Origin: a virus
Taxonomy: Duplodnaviria > Caudoviricetes
Virus record (IMG/VR): IMGVR_UViG_3300032125_000016
Location: 1 to 27,987 of that record
Length of the DNA: 27,987 nt
Reading direction: 5' to 3' (one strand)
The notes beneath the pieces were generated by a model. The model did not search any database, had not been told where the DNA came from, and saw only the letters and a program-made list of their open reading frames with translations. Positions 16,782 through 25,887 of the stretch are shown one piece after another; the first letter of the stretch is position 1, and each line of letters opens with the position of its first letter. The position numbers were made by a program, and so were the translations under genes.

Positions 16782-17252
16782 ATGGCTATTATCATCTGTA
16801 AAGAATGCAACGGAAAGCTGTCGAGTAGCGCCAAGGCTTGCCCACATTGCGGGTCAAAGGGTAATCGAAAGGTTGGCCTGGTAGGCTGGCTCGCTGTTTT
16901 GCTTATCGTGCTGCCAGGTGCATGGGGCATAGGAAAGGCCATAAACGCCGACCAGGAGTCGAGCATTGCGCGCGCGAGTGAGCCGGTGAAGCCTTCAGAC
17001 ACGGAAGACCGGGGCAGCACTACCGCCAAGGAAAGCTGCCGCAATATTTCAGAGTATGCGAAGCAGGTGATGATAGGCCGGCAGGGAGGAATGCTGCTCT
17101 CTGAAATGCCTACCGGCGACAATTCGCTGCTGGAGATGGTGATGATCAGGGCTTACGACCAGCCCAGATACTCCACGGAAGCGATGGTTAAGAGAGCGAT
17201 TGTTGACTATCAGAATCAGATATATCTGGAATGCATCAAAGAGGCTTCCTGA
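16782..17252 (+). CDS. moron: zinc-ribbon + TM + extracytoplasmic domain protein
   Basis: GGGAGGA RBS before ATG at 16782; CKEC...A.ACPHCG zinc ribbon; TM VGLVGWLAVLLIVLPGAWGIG; own promoter and terminator between tail tube and chaperone genes. Confidence 0.8.
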   Translation: MAIIICKECNGKLSSSAKACPHCGSKGNRKVGLVGWLAVLLIVLPGAWGIGKAINADQESSIARASEPVKPSDTEDRGSTTAKESCRNISEYAKQVMIGRQGGMLLSEMPTGDNSLLEMVMIRAYDQPRYSTEAMVKRAIVDYQNQIYLECIKEAS

Positions 17253-17275
17253 AAGCCTAAACATCAAACACAAAG

Positions 17276-17296
17276 ACCCGCTCCGGCGGGTTTTTT
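17276..17296 (+). terminator. moron terminator
   Basis: ACCCGC-TCCG-GCGGGT followed by TTTTT. Confidence 0.85.
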
Positions 17297-17314
17297 ATTG
17301 CCCGGAGTAAAAGA

Positions 17315-17659
17315 ATGACGCACCAGATCCTGTTTCCCGAAAACCAGAAAGTAAGCCTTGGCGGCAAAACCGTTGAGATTAAGCCGGTGCGATTCGTGGA
17401 CTTTGAGAGATTCGGTAAGGCGGCAGGCAACGCCATTGCTATGGCGGCAAGCCAGACCACTGAGCAGCTTTATGTATACGCCAGCAAATCCGGTGTGCTG
17501 CTGGATATTCTCGGCACCAGTACAAGCTTGAGCCGTTGGGCAATCAAGCGCCTACCTGCAGCCGTGGCAGTGCAACTGATGTTTGAGGTGATACGGGTCA
17601 ATAAGGATTTTTTCGAGCAAGCCCTGGTAAGCGCGGAAAGAGCGCTGGCTGGGGCGTAG
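17315..17659 (+). CDS. tail assembly chaperone (gpG-like)
   Basis: GGAG RBS; lies between tail tube and tape measure genes; ends V..VN.DFF. Confidence 0.85.
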   Translation: MTHQILFPENQKVSLGGKTVEIKPVRFVDFERFGKAAGNAIAMAASQTTEQLYVYASKSGVLLDILGTSTSLSRWAIKRLPAAVAVQLMFEVIRVNKDFFEQALVSAERALAGA

Positions 17660-17862
17660 TTGTTCAGCAGCTTATCAGTGCTGGGCACCGGCTCGAAGAC
17701 GTGAAGCAGTACACCCTGCCGCAGATTCAGATGTTCGCCAAAGAGGCAGGCAAGCGTGATGCTCAATCGCTGCGCTACATGGCAATGGCGGCCCGGTCCG
17801 CCAATGCAAAACAGCAAGATTTCGACAAAATGATGAGGTCACTCGATGGCGGGGAAGATTAA
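17608..17862 (+). CDS. gpT-like extension reached by -1 programmed frameshift (G-T fusion); not in the ORF track
   Basis: Slippery T TTT TTC at 17608-17614 in G frame; the -1 frame is open to TAA at 17860-17862 and reads ...WGVVVQQLISAGHRLEDVKQYTLPQIQMF...SLDGGED. Confidence 0.8.
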   Translation, partial: FFRASPGKRGKSAGWGVVVQQLISAGHRLEDVKQYTLPQIQMFAKEAGKRDAQSLRYMAMAARSANAKQQDFDKMMRSLDGGED

Positions 17863-19846
17863 GACGCAGCTGGTCATCGAGGGCAAAAACAACGCATCGA
17901 AGGCTTTTAAGCAGGCAGACGACCAACTGCTAAATATTAGCTCGGCGGCGAAGAAGGCCGGCGCCGCGCTGCTGGCTACATTCTCAGTGGCGGCTATAGC
18001 CGTTTGGGTAAAAAGCAGCATCACAGCAGCCGATCAGGCCCGCAAGACGGCGCAATCTATCGGCCTCACTACCGAGTCGTTCACCGGCCTGCAGTTCGCA
18101 GCTAGCCAGTCCGGAGTTGCTACCACCGAATTTGCAGGGGCGCTTACCCGCCTGAGTCGCTCGCTGTCTGACGCGGCAACCAAGGGCGGCATACCGGCAG
18201 ATGTATTTGCCCAGCTGGGCATTTCCGTGCTCGATGCCGAGGGCAATCTGCGCTCTGCCGACACTGTTTTAGCGAACCTTGCCGATACGTTCCAAAATAT
18301 GCCGGATGGCGTCGAGAAAACAGCGGCAGCGGTAGAGCTTTTAGGCCGATCCGGCGCCAGGCTTATCCCGCTGCTGAACGGCGGCTCCGAAGGTATCAAA
18401 GCGCTTACCGATCAGGCTGAACGGCTGGGGCTGGTTATCAGCGACGAACAAGCCGCTGCTTCCGAGCGATTTAACGACAACATCGCGGCCATGGGTGGCG
18501 CCTCAAGAGGTGCGGCCAACACGATAGCGGGCGAACTGCTGCCCACGTTAAACGAGATGAGCGGCCTGCTGCTTGATGTGGTAGAGGATGGCGAATCGGC
18601 GCAGATCATGGCGGACGGCCTCTCTTTTATCCTCAAATCGCTGGCCACCGTAGTGATAGCGCTCAGCACCACTTTTTCCAACTTGGGCCGGGCCATAGGG
18701 GGCACCGCTGCCGCTGCCGTCACTGCCGCCAAAGGTGATTTTGCAGAGGCCGGCCAGATATTCAGGGACGTTACCGCCGACAACGAGAAGGCAACGGCTG
18801 ATGCCGAGCGGCGAATCAAGAAAATATGGGATGGCGGCTTTGCTGATGCCGGCAGAACGGCGGCTGATACTGTAAAGAAAATGCGCGAACTGGAGGCTGG
18901 CGTCCGCGAATCAGCGGAGCGATCAAACAAGGCATTCGCCGACTCCTACAAAACCATGTTGACCTCGGCCAAAGACGCGCTAAAAGACCTGATAAGCGAA
19001 GAAAAGAAAGCCCTTAAAGACCTGGAAGATCTGCGCGAGAAGCGTGTTGACATCGAGGAGCGATACGCCGGCATTATCGACAGATTCAGCGGCGGCAATG
19101 CAGACTCCGAGCCATCCTACGCCAAGGCGCAGGATCTAACGGTAGCCTCGCGCCGGGCACTGGTAGATGGCGACTTTGAGGGTGCATCTAAGAAGGCACA
19201 AGAGGCGCTGAAAGTCTTAACCGATTTGGCAGACGCGGGTGAAAACACCTATGGCTTTGCCGGATTCGTCAAGCAACTGAAGGGCATTGAGTTAGCCGCC
19301 AACGATATCGAGAAGACCGACGCCGAGGCCAAGCTCCAGTCCATCACCGATAAAGTCGCGGAGATGAACACCAAGATTTCAGGGCTGACCGAGTTCGATA
19401 TCAAGCTGGAACTGACCGAGGCAGAAAAGCAAAAGATCATCAGCCAGATGGAGGATTTGCGCAAACTGCTTGGCCAACCCATTCCGATACAAGCGCAGCT
19501 TTCTGGCACCGCAACGGGAATAAAGGGTTTTGCTGGAGGTGGGGAGATTATAGGCCCAGGAACCGGCACAAGCGACAGCATGGTTATAGGAGCGTCTAAC
19601 GGCGAGTACATGATTCAATCCGCCGCCGTGCGCAAGTATGGGGTTCACCTGCTGGACAACATCAACACTATGCGCTTGCCAAAATACGCGGAAGGCGGGC
19701 TGATTGGCACCTCTTCTGAAGGCTCCAGCAGCGGCTCAACTCTAAACCTATCCCTCGACGGTCAAAACTACGCGCTCAACGGCCAGGCAGATACCATTGC
19801 CGACCTCGCCAGCGCCGTCCGCAAAGCCAACCTAAAGCGCAGGTAA
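17846..19846 (+). CDS. tape measure protein
   Basis: 666 aa, Ala-rich helical; A..LLGRSG..LIPLLNGG; C-terminal FAGGG.I.GPGTGTSDS.....SNGEY motif. Confidence 0.93.
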   Translation: MAGKIKTQLVIEGKNNASKAFKQADDQLLNISSAAKKAGAALLATFSVAAIAVWVKSSITAADQARKTAQSIGLTTESFTGLQFAASQSGVATTEFAGALTRLSRSLSDAATKGGIPADVFAQLGISVLDAEGNLRSADTVLANLADTFQNMPDGVEKTAAAVELLGRSGARLIPLLNGGSEGIKALTDQAERLGLVISDEQAAASERFNDNIAAMGGASRGAANTIAGELLPTLNEMSGLLLDVVEDGESAQIMADGLSFILKSLATVVIALSTTFSNLGRAIGGTAAAAVTAAKGDFAEAGQIFRDVTADNEKATADAERRIKKIWDGGFADAGRTAADTVKKMRELEAGVRESAERSNKAFADSYKTMLTSAKDALKDLISEEKKALKDLEDLREKRVDIEERYAGIIDRFSGGNADSEPSYAKAQDLTVASRRALVDGDFEGASKKAQEALKVLTDLADAGENTYGFAGFVKQLKGIELAANDIEKTDAEAKLQSITDKVAEMNTKISGLTEFDIKLELTEAEKQKIISQMEDLRKLLGQPIPIQAQLSGTATGIKGFAGGGEIIGPGTGTSDSMVIGASNGEYMIQSAAVRKYGVHLLDNINTMRLPKYAEGGLIGTSSEGSSSGSTLNLSLDGQNYALNGQADTIADLASAVRKANLKRR

Positions 19847-19849
19847 TCC

Positions 19850-20347
19850 ATGGCACAGGTCATACTCGGCGGTATACCCGTCACGCTTGAAACTGGCGAG
19901 CCGCAGCACCTTTACAGCTACGCCGGAGGTCGCACCGATGTTCGGTTAAGCCAGGGCAAGCCGGTGGCCATGCGCAGCTTCACCAAGCGCCTGATAACCA
20001 TCAGCGGCACAGGCTGGGTTAGCACCGGGCTGGACTCTTTAAATTGGGACAACTATCACGTACTGCAATGCGCCGTACCGCTGCGCGTGTCCGGCCCCTC
20101 GACAAGCCTCACTATCACAGCCGATAGCCGACCAGATGAGCCTGTACTGGCGCAAGCGCTGGTTTCTGGGCAGTGGGTCGGAACTCCGGTAGCCATGACC
20201 GGCAGAGTTGGCGACATTACCCCCGTAACCGGCGCGACCATGTACACCTTAACGTGGTATCCGCAGTTTACGGTGCTGTGCGAGCCGCCCGACGAGGGTT
20301 ACGGCTCCGGCGCCGTGGATTGGCAAATCGTTTGCAGCGAGGTGTAG
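19850..20347 (+). CDS. distal tail protein (Dit-like)
   Basis: Directly after the tape measure gene; beta-rich, ends W.I.C.EV. Confidence 0.6.
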   Translation: MAQVILGGIPVTLETGEPQHLYSYAGGRTDVRLSQGKPVAMRSFTKRLITISGTGWVSTGLDSLNWDNYHVLQCAVPLRVSGPSTSLTITADSRPDEPVLAQALVSGQWVGTPVAMTGRVGDITPVTGATMYTLTWYPQFTVLCEPPDEGYGSGAVDWQIVCSEV

Positions 20348-20350
20348 CGC

Positions 20351-22093
20351 GTGATTAATAGCCAGCCTCTCAACAGCGGCCCAATTAACAGCTTTCAGTC
20401 CGCAGCCGCCGAGCCCATTCCTCCCGCCGTCGTGATTGACCCTGGCCCCGGCTTTGTGTGGCGCTGGATCGCTACGCTGGGCGGCGTTGATGTGTCGGAC
20501 AAGATCACCGGCCAGGTGCGGATCGAGGCGCAGGAAGACGGCGATATGGTTGCCGCGCTGGATTTGTGGCTGGGCGATGAGCCTGTCAGCATTTACAGTT
20601 ACACTGGCCAAACCCTAATCCTCGACTTTGTTGTGCTTGGCGACCCCGAGGTTATCAGCCGCCGATTTACCGGGCAGCTGGTACAACCAGAATTTGACGT
20701 GCTCACCCGCGTACTATCCTGCACCGGAACCACCCGGCTGAGCGGAACCTTTGAGGCCAAAGAAATTGCCGAGATTGACCTATTCGTGGGCGGTAGTTGG
20801 TCTGTGGATGTGTTTGAGGAAACCGCCGGCCGTAGCCGATGGGATTACACCAAAGAGCGCATGAGCACCCGCACCGCAGGGCTCAGCGCAGACCGTTATG
20901 GCCAGCCAAGAATAACTCCGTGGTATTCGCAGGCCATCGCTTACGAGTTCGGCCCCGGCAGCACGATTTATCAGAGCCTGGACGTTGCGCTGGCCTCGCT
21001 GAGCGAAGCCACCAACACCATTGAGCTCGAAATTGATTACCGCTTCCCGCGCTACCGTCAGCGCAATATGAGCTACAGTTGGATCAACCCGTTGACCGGG
21101 GGCAGCGATGGCGTTACGGGCCTGGTTAACTGGCTGGACGCAGGATCTTCCGAGCTACCAGACATTGAAATGATTGCGGTAGCCGTTCAATCCTCGGGCT
21201 GGTTTTTAACGTCGGCGGATTGGCAGCGCTTGCCGGGTAACACTACCCTGCCAAGCGGCGCTGTCTGGCTTAACAAGTTTCTGGACCTGCTGCTGGGCGC
21301 TGACTTCTCAACCGCTATTCGCTGGTCACAGCGAGCCGTTGAGCGCTACATCGTGCGACTGGAAGTAGCCGCGTCCATCGCTTCCGTGGGCGAGGTTATC
21401 GCTCGTGACCGCGTTGTGCTGGATACCGAAACCGATTCCGACCGGCTTTGGGAACAGAGTGGAGAAACCGAGATAGCCGGAAGCGTTGTGGCGTCTGGAG
21501 ATTACCCGGTTGATACACTCCCCCGCCGCGACCAGACACGACTGGACCTTGCCGCCGATACAGGCCTACGCCGCGCTCGCGCTCAACTGCTATCTGCGCA
21601 GCGCGGTAACATCGTGAGCTGGCAAGTTCCGCTGGCTCACGCGCTCGGCGTTGATGTGGGGCAGCGGCAAAGGCTCAGCGACCAAGGCGCAACCGTCACC
21701 GGCTCCGTAGTCGCGCTCACTGAAGAGGCCGACACAGAAACCGGCTCAGCGCTGCTGACCATTAGCATTGCAGTCAGCCAGGGTGACGCCTCGGCGATAG
21801 CGGATGTGCTGCAGCTGCCAGACGCTCCGGTATTTACCGACGATACCGCGCCAACCATCAGCGGCATACTGCCGACGCAGCTGATCCAGAACTCCAGCAG
21901 CCCGCCGTATGACGAAGCTCTGCCCGGATTCTCTGGCGCCTACTCCATTGGCACATGGAACCCTGCGGATCGCTACCCTCGCCGCTTTGCCGTGCCTACG
22001 CCAGAAATACCTGCGCAATGGCGGGATGAGATCGTTGCAGAGCAGCCGGTAATTATTCGCATAGCGCCACCCGTTGATGAGTTGGAGGTTTAA
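20351..22093 (+). CDS. tail tip hub / baseplate protein
   Basis: 580-aa acidic beta-rich ORF in the hub position; RRFTG...PEFD motif. Confidence 0.6.
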   Translation: MINSQPLNSGPINSFQSAAAEPIPPAVVIDPGPGFVWRWIATLGGVDVSDKITGQVRIEAQEDGDMVAALDLWLGDEPVSIYSYTGQTLILDFVVLGDPEVISRRFTGQLVQPEFDVLTRVLSCTGTTRLSGTFEAKEIAEIDLFVGGSWSVDVFEETAGRSRWDYTKERMSTRTAGLSADRYGQPRITPWYSQAIAYEFGPGSTIYQSLDVALASLSEATNTIELEIDYRFPRYRQRNMSYSWINPLTGGSDGVTGLVNWLDAGSSELPDIEMIAVAVQSSGWFLTSADWQRLPGNTTLPSGAVWLNKFLDLLLGADFSTAIRWSQRAVERYIVRLEVAASIASVGEVIARDRVVLDTETDSDRLWEQSGETEIAGSVVASGDYPVDTLPRRDQTRLDLAADTGLRRARAQLLSAQRGNIVSWQVPLAHALGVDVGQRQRLSDQGATVTGSVVALTEEADTETGSALLTISIAVSQGDASAIADVLQLPDAPVFTDDTAPTISGILPTQLIQNSSSPPYDEALPGFSGAYSIGTWNPADRYPRRFAVPTPEIPAQWRDEIVAEQPVIIRIAPPVDELEV

Positions 22094-22095
22094 AC

Positions 22096-22548
22096 ATGGC
22101 CGCACCCACTGAGCGCACGGCACGAATGCGTGGAAACCTAACATCACGCGAGCAGCGCCTCACTGAAAGTTTAATTACTGGCCTGCAGGAGTTGGCAGAG
22201 CCAGAACGGCAGCCGCCCAAGCTGTCTCGATCCGAGCCAAGGGGCGCCATTCCTTCGGGCCGCGGCTATGCGGAATCGAACTATCAGCCAGGCACGGCGA
22301 CCTCTACCGGGGGTGGTATTGCCAGTCCTCTGATTGAGGGTGAAGTGCCGCCGCCCGCGCCAGATAGCAACCCGACGCAGGATATGACTGCCGAGCCAAA
22401 TCTCGATCGCCTGTATTGGCCGCAAGGGCTCAAGAGCAGTGACGGGCTGTTCGTTCTTCCCTCTATAAAAGAGCTGGTTATGCGTGATGCTAACGGGGCG
22501 AAAGTCGTCATACTGCTGGCCGACCCTGACCCAGAGGTGGCACCCTGA
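22096..22548 (+). CDS. minor tail protein
   Basis: GGAGG RBS; GGGIASPLIE and SSDGLF.LP.IK...M.DANG motifs; coupled to the next gene. Confidence 0.55.
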   Translation: MAAPTERTARMRGNLTSREQRLTESLITGLQELAEPERQPPKLSRSEPRGAIPSGRGYAESNYQPGTATSTGGGIASPLIEGEVPPPAPDSNPTQDMTAEPNLDRLYWPQGLKSSDGLFVLPSIKELVMRDANGAKVVILLADPDPEVAP

Positions 22549-24212
22549 TGAGCAATGTTCCGCCGTGGGGCTGCCCCTATCATGGGCTGATACAGGACAA
22601 CCAGCTGACGCTCCCGAATGGCGACACATTACCGTGCCGTCAGCCAAACGGCTTTAGTTTTGAGCGCGGGCATACTCACCTTGTGCAAGTACCTGACGCG
22701 CCAGAAACAACCCGAACAATTGACGAGCTTGCCGAAGATACTGCGAGCGGCAGGCAGTGGCTTGACCAGGCCTTGATATCTGGCAACCAGATCCACGGGG
22801 TTTATATCGGCAACGGGGCAATGATTTACATTGCACCGGACGGTAGCCGGTGGCTGGTTAACGCCAGCTTGCATGGCAGTAATGCGGGCACGACAGCCTC
22901 CACCGTTACGCTCCGGCGCTTTGGCATCATCGGGGGCGAGCCGGAAGAGTACACCTATGCCGTCCCCGTACCTGATCTTTCAGCGGAAAGCGCTTATCAC
23001 GGAGTTCAGCCTTCTGTCGTTCAAGTTCGTATGTTCCATGCCCACCCTCAGGGCAAAGCGGCAGTTTTCGGTCTGTTTGCGAAGTTGGTTAACTATATAG
23101 AATATGCCGCTCTGGCCTGGCTGGAGCTTTCTTTGAGCGGACCGGCAGATGATTGCCTTATTGGTATCGCTTTGATCCGAGATGCAGCCACTACGGATGG
23201 GGTCTTGGCAGAGCTTGACGACTTTGGCTCTGTGTCTCAGTTTACACGCTGGCTTGTGGCAGATTCCGTTGAAACTGGCAGCCCTGCCAGCGCATACCCT
23301 GCTTGCTCCGACAGCTACCGGCGCGACATAACTTATTCAATTTCATCAGATAGCGCTGGATCAATTCAGCAGATATCAGGAATCCTGACATCAGGCGCAC
23401 AAGTAGCGCGGCGGGTTCAACAGGGGATTATCATCGGCCTGCTGTATACCGAAATGGGCACACTCCAAGAAGTAACCGTTGAGGCTCAGCTCGAAAGGGT
23501 GATAACCGGGGGCGCTCTTACGATCACAAGCACCCCCTATGTGCTGGCTTATAACTTTACCCCGGGGGACGGGGTGTGCGTTCAGCAGATTACGCAAGAG
23601 CAGAATGGTGAGGCGACTGTTCAGCAATCAGGTACATTTGAGTACACCACCACCCTGGTAGTTCGCTATGGTGGCCAGGAGATTACGCGGCAATCGTTGA
23701 AGGATATTACCAACAGCACATCCACCTTTAACTATACGCGGTCAGCTTCGGGCGAGCCCACCGTGGCTCTTGGGTCACGCACCAGCTCCCACCAGTCCAT
23801 CCCAGGTGCAAGCGGAACAAGCAGCATAGAGCCAGGCCCTGGATGGAGTAGCTTAATTTCAGGCTCGGTCAGGGGAGGTATGGACTCTAGGATTTATGCG
23901 CTTGAGATTTCCGCCATCGCATTCTGGGCTAGTTCTTCCAACGGGGAAGTCGTACAAGGCGGCCAAACAATTCGACTTATAAGGCTCAGTAATGGGCTTT
24001 ATAGTTTTGTAATGATTAGAAGGGCCGTCGGCGAATTCCTAAGCCGATACACGTACCTGGCTGATGCGGGAACGCCTTCTGGCCCTGTAGTTTTGGAGGA
24101 ATTGACCACCTTCAGCAGCAGTTCGCAAAGCACAAATCCAGTTCCACACGGCAGCTACAACCCCATAACCGGGCAAGCGGTAAGAGCCTTTAACCCTGTT
24201 TGCTGGACCTAA
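22548..24212 (+). CDS. tail tip / receptor-binding protein candidate
   Basis: 554 aa; WGCPYHGL N-terminus, Ser/Thr-rich beta body, SYNPITG...PVCW C-terminus. Confidence 0.55.
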   Translation: MSNVPPWGCPYHGLIQDNQLTLPNGDTLPCRQPNGFSFERGHTHLVQVPDAPETTRTIDELAEDTASGRQWLDQALISGNQIHGVYIGNGAMIYIAPDGSRWLVNASLHGSNAGTTASTVTLRRFGIIGGEPEEYTYAVPVPDLSAESAYHGVQPSVVQVRMFHAHPQGKAAVFGLFAKLVNYIEYAALAWLELSLSGPADDCLIGIALIRDAATTDGVLAELDDFGSVSQFTRWLVADSVETGSPASAYPACSDSYRRDITYSISSDSAGSIQQISGILTSGAQVARRVQQGIIIGLLYTEMGTLQEVTVEAQLERVITGGALTITSTPYVLAYNFTPGDGVCVQQITQEQNGEATVQQSGTFEYTTTLVVRYGGQEITRQSLKDITNSTSTFNYTRSASGEPTVALGSRTSSHQSIPGASGTSSIEPGPGWSSLISGSVRGGMDSRIYALEISAIAFWASSSNGEVVQGGQTIRLIRLSNGLYSFVMIRRAVGEFLSRYTYLADAGTPSGPVVLEELTTFSSSSQSTNPVPHGSYNPITGQAVRAFNPVCWT

Positions 24213-24225
24213 CACCGGAGCACTC

Positions 24226-25593
24226 ATGAACTTTATTAACAACTACTCCCAGCCCATTGCCCTGGCATTGGGAGCGACTTCTATTGCTTTGGATCTACCC
24301 GATGGCGAGTACAGGCTAACGCTAACCGACAGCGAGACAGCAAGCACACGATGGGAGATTGTCGGCGCTGTGGTCGTCAGCGGTACCGCTACACTTCAGC
24401 GCGGCCTTGAAGGCACTGCGGCCCAGCCGTGGCCAGAGGGAAGCGTTATCTATAGCGCCCTGACAGCAGGATTGATGCAGATCATATTTGAGAGGTTGCT
24501 GCCAGTTGGCGGAACTGCTGGACAGCTGCTCAGCAAGCTATCGGATACTGATTTTGACGCCCAGTGGATCGACGACCCAAGCCTGCCAAGCTTTAGCGGT
24601 GCGCTGAGCGGGCGCTTGTTCGTAGCCTATCTTGACAGCGACGACAGCCAGCTCAAAGCGGCAGTGATTGACCTTGCAGCTGGGACAATCGAACCGTCTG
24701 CGCCATGGATGCTAGCATACACAGGCGCGGCAATTGGGGCGGCAGATTACGACCAGACCGTCAGCCTGCTCGCGGCTTTCCCGAACTCAAGCAGCAAGAT
24801 TCAGATATTCCAAGGCCCAGAGTTTACGGCCGGCGCTACCAGCAGCGCGGCTGGGACGGGTGGCGGCGTAGCATGGAAGCCTGGCGGGGCAATGCTTGTA
24901 GCGGTAACAAGCGGCGGCGCAGTTATTCCCATGACCTACAACGCCTCATCTACTCCGGAGCTTCAGTTGGTGCTTGGCGGGACAGGCGAAATACCGGGTG
25001 TTACTCCAAGCGTTATGTCGATGTGGTCGCCCGACGGGACTTATCTCTACGTTCCAACTGGTAATGGTATTCAGCGACACAACGGCACAACCTTTGCGCT
25101 GATTGATACCGTGCTCGATGAGCAGATTTTTCAGTTCGCACTCTCGGCGGACGGATCGACCGCCGCCGTGCGCTCTTACAGTTTCAGCACATACGAAGAA
25201 AGCATTCGAATCGTTGAAACCTCCGGCTGGACAGTGCTCGCCACCTTCACTGGTTACGCCCAGGTGAGCATAGGAGGCGATATGACTCAGCGGATGGAGT
25301 TCAACCCGGCAAACTCTCAGGAGCTTGCCGTTGCAGTGCAGGACAGTATTGGCGGGGTTGATGCTGCCTGCGTGATTCTTAATACTGCATCACCTGGTAC
25401 CGAGATAGTCATCAGCCCCGCAGTGGATTACGACCCCGGAGTGTCTTCAGGCAAGCAAGTGGCATGGAGCCCCGGCGGCGACCGGATTTACGTAGCAACC
25501 GACGCAGGGCTACATAGCTACACTGCTGCCGATTGGACTTACGCTGGCACACTGCCAAACATTAATGCTGATGCGATGGTAGCGCTGCCGTAA
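24226..25593 (+). CDS. tail fibre with C-terminal beta-propeller-like head
   Basis: N-terminal anchor (RWEIV...LQRGLEGTAAQPWP.GS), GG.AGQ.L.K.S..D.D..W fibre junction motif, then blade-like motifs VAWKPGG, WSPDGTYLYV, ALSADGS, EFNPANS, AWSPGGDRIYV. Confidence 0.7.
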   Translation: MNFINNYSQPIALALGATSIALDLPDGEYRLTLTDSETASTRWEIVGAVVVSGTATLQRGLEGTAAQPWPEGSVIYSALTAGLMQIIFERLLPVGGTAGQLLSKLSDTDFDAQWIDDPSLPSFSGALSGRLFVAYLDSDDSQLKAAVIDLAAGTIEPSAPWMLAYTGAAIGAADYDQTVSLLAAFPNSSSKIQIFQGPEFTAGATSSAAGTGGGVAWKPGGAMLVAVTSGGAVIPMTYNASSTPELQLVLGGTGEIPGVTPSVMSMWSPDGTYLYVPTGNGIQRHNGTTFALIDTVLDEQIFQFALSADGSTAAVRSYSFSTYEESIRIVETSGWTVLATFTGYAQVSIGGDMTQRMEFNPANSQELAVAVQDSIGGVDAACVILNTASPGTEIVISPAVDYDPGVSSGKQVAWSPGGDRIYVATDAGLHSYTAADWTYAGTLPNINADAMVALP

Positions 25594-25607
25594 ATTAGCA
25601 CCCTCAC

Positions 25608-25623
25608 CTGCTGTAATATACAG
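25608..25623. promoter_or_regulatory. possible LexA (SOS) box
   Basis: CTG-CTGTAATATA-CAG fits CTG-N10-CAG; the minus strand reads CTGTATATTACAGCAG. Confidence 0.4.
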
Positions 25624-25627
25624 TCCG

Positions 25628-25640
25628 CAACCCATTGATT
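25628..25640 (-). promoter_or_regulatory. IHF-binding site; a second near-match lies at 25787-25799
   Basis: CAACCCATTGATT matches YAANNNNTTGATW exactly; CAACCCTTTGATC has one mismatch. Confidence 0.55.
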
Positions 25641-25725
25641 GCGCTCTTATGCGCTGCCTGCGCTTTATGCGCCATTTTTAAGCCAATTTTATTGATTTAT
25701 GGCGCTTTTTCTACGATGCACTATC

Positions 25726-25743
25726 GCCTTGACATGGCAGAGG
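25726..25743 (+). other. tRNA-Val(GAC) anticodon-arm-like fragment, possible relic att core
   Basis: GCC-TTGACAT-GGCAG-AGG: the 7-nt Val(GAC) loop with a 3-bp intact stem and the start of a variable loop. Confidence 0.5.
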
Positions 25744-25887
25744 CTCAAGCTGCCAAATCGTCAATTTACAATCCAAAATGACTATGCAACCCTTTGATCT
25801 ATAAAGGCCCAAAATCCCTATTTTCCGACGCTCTCAAAACACCGATTGTTTATGATTTTCAGTAGCTTGCTGTGGGTGTCATCCTTA

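Noticed and set aside
16722-16782. Stop-codon read-through fusing the tail tube protein to the moron (same frame, no intervening stop)
   Set aside because: TAA is rarely read through, the moron has its own promoter and RBS, and a TM fusion makes no sense on a tail tube; likely chance.
25729-25757. TTGACA as a -35 promoter element
   Set aside because: No -10-like hexamer 16-18 nt downstream (GCCAAA at the expected position).
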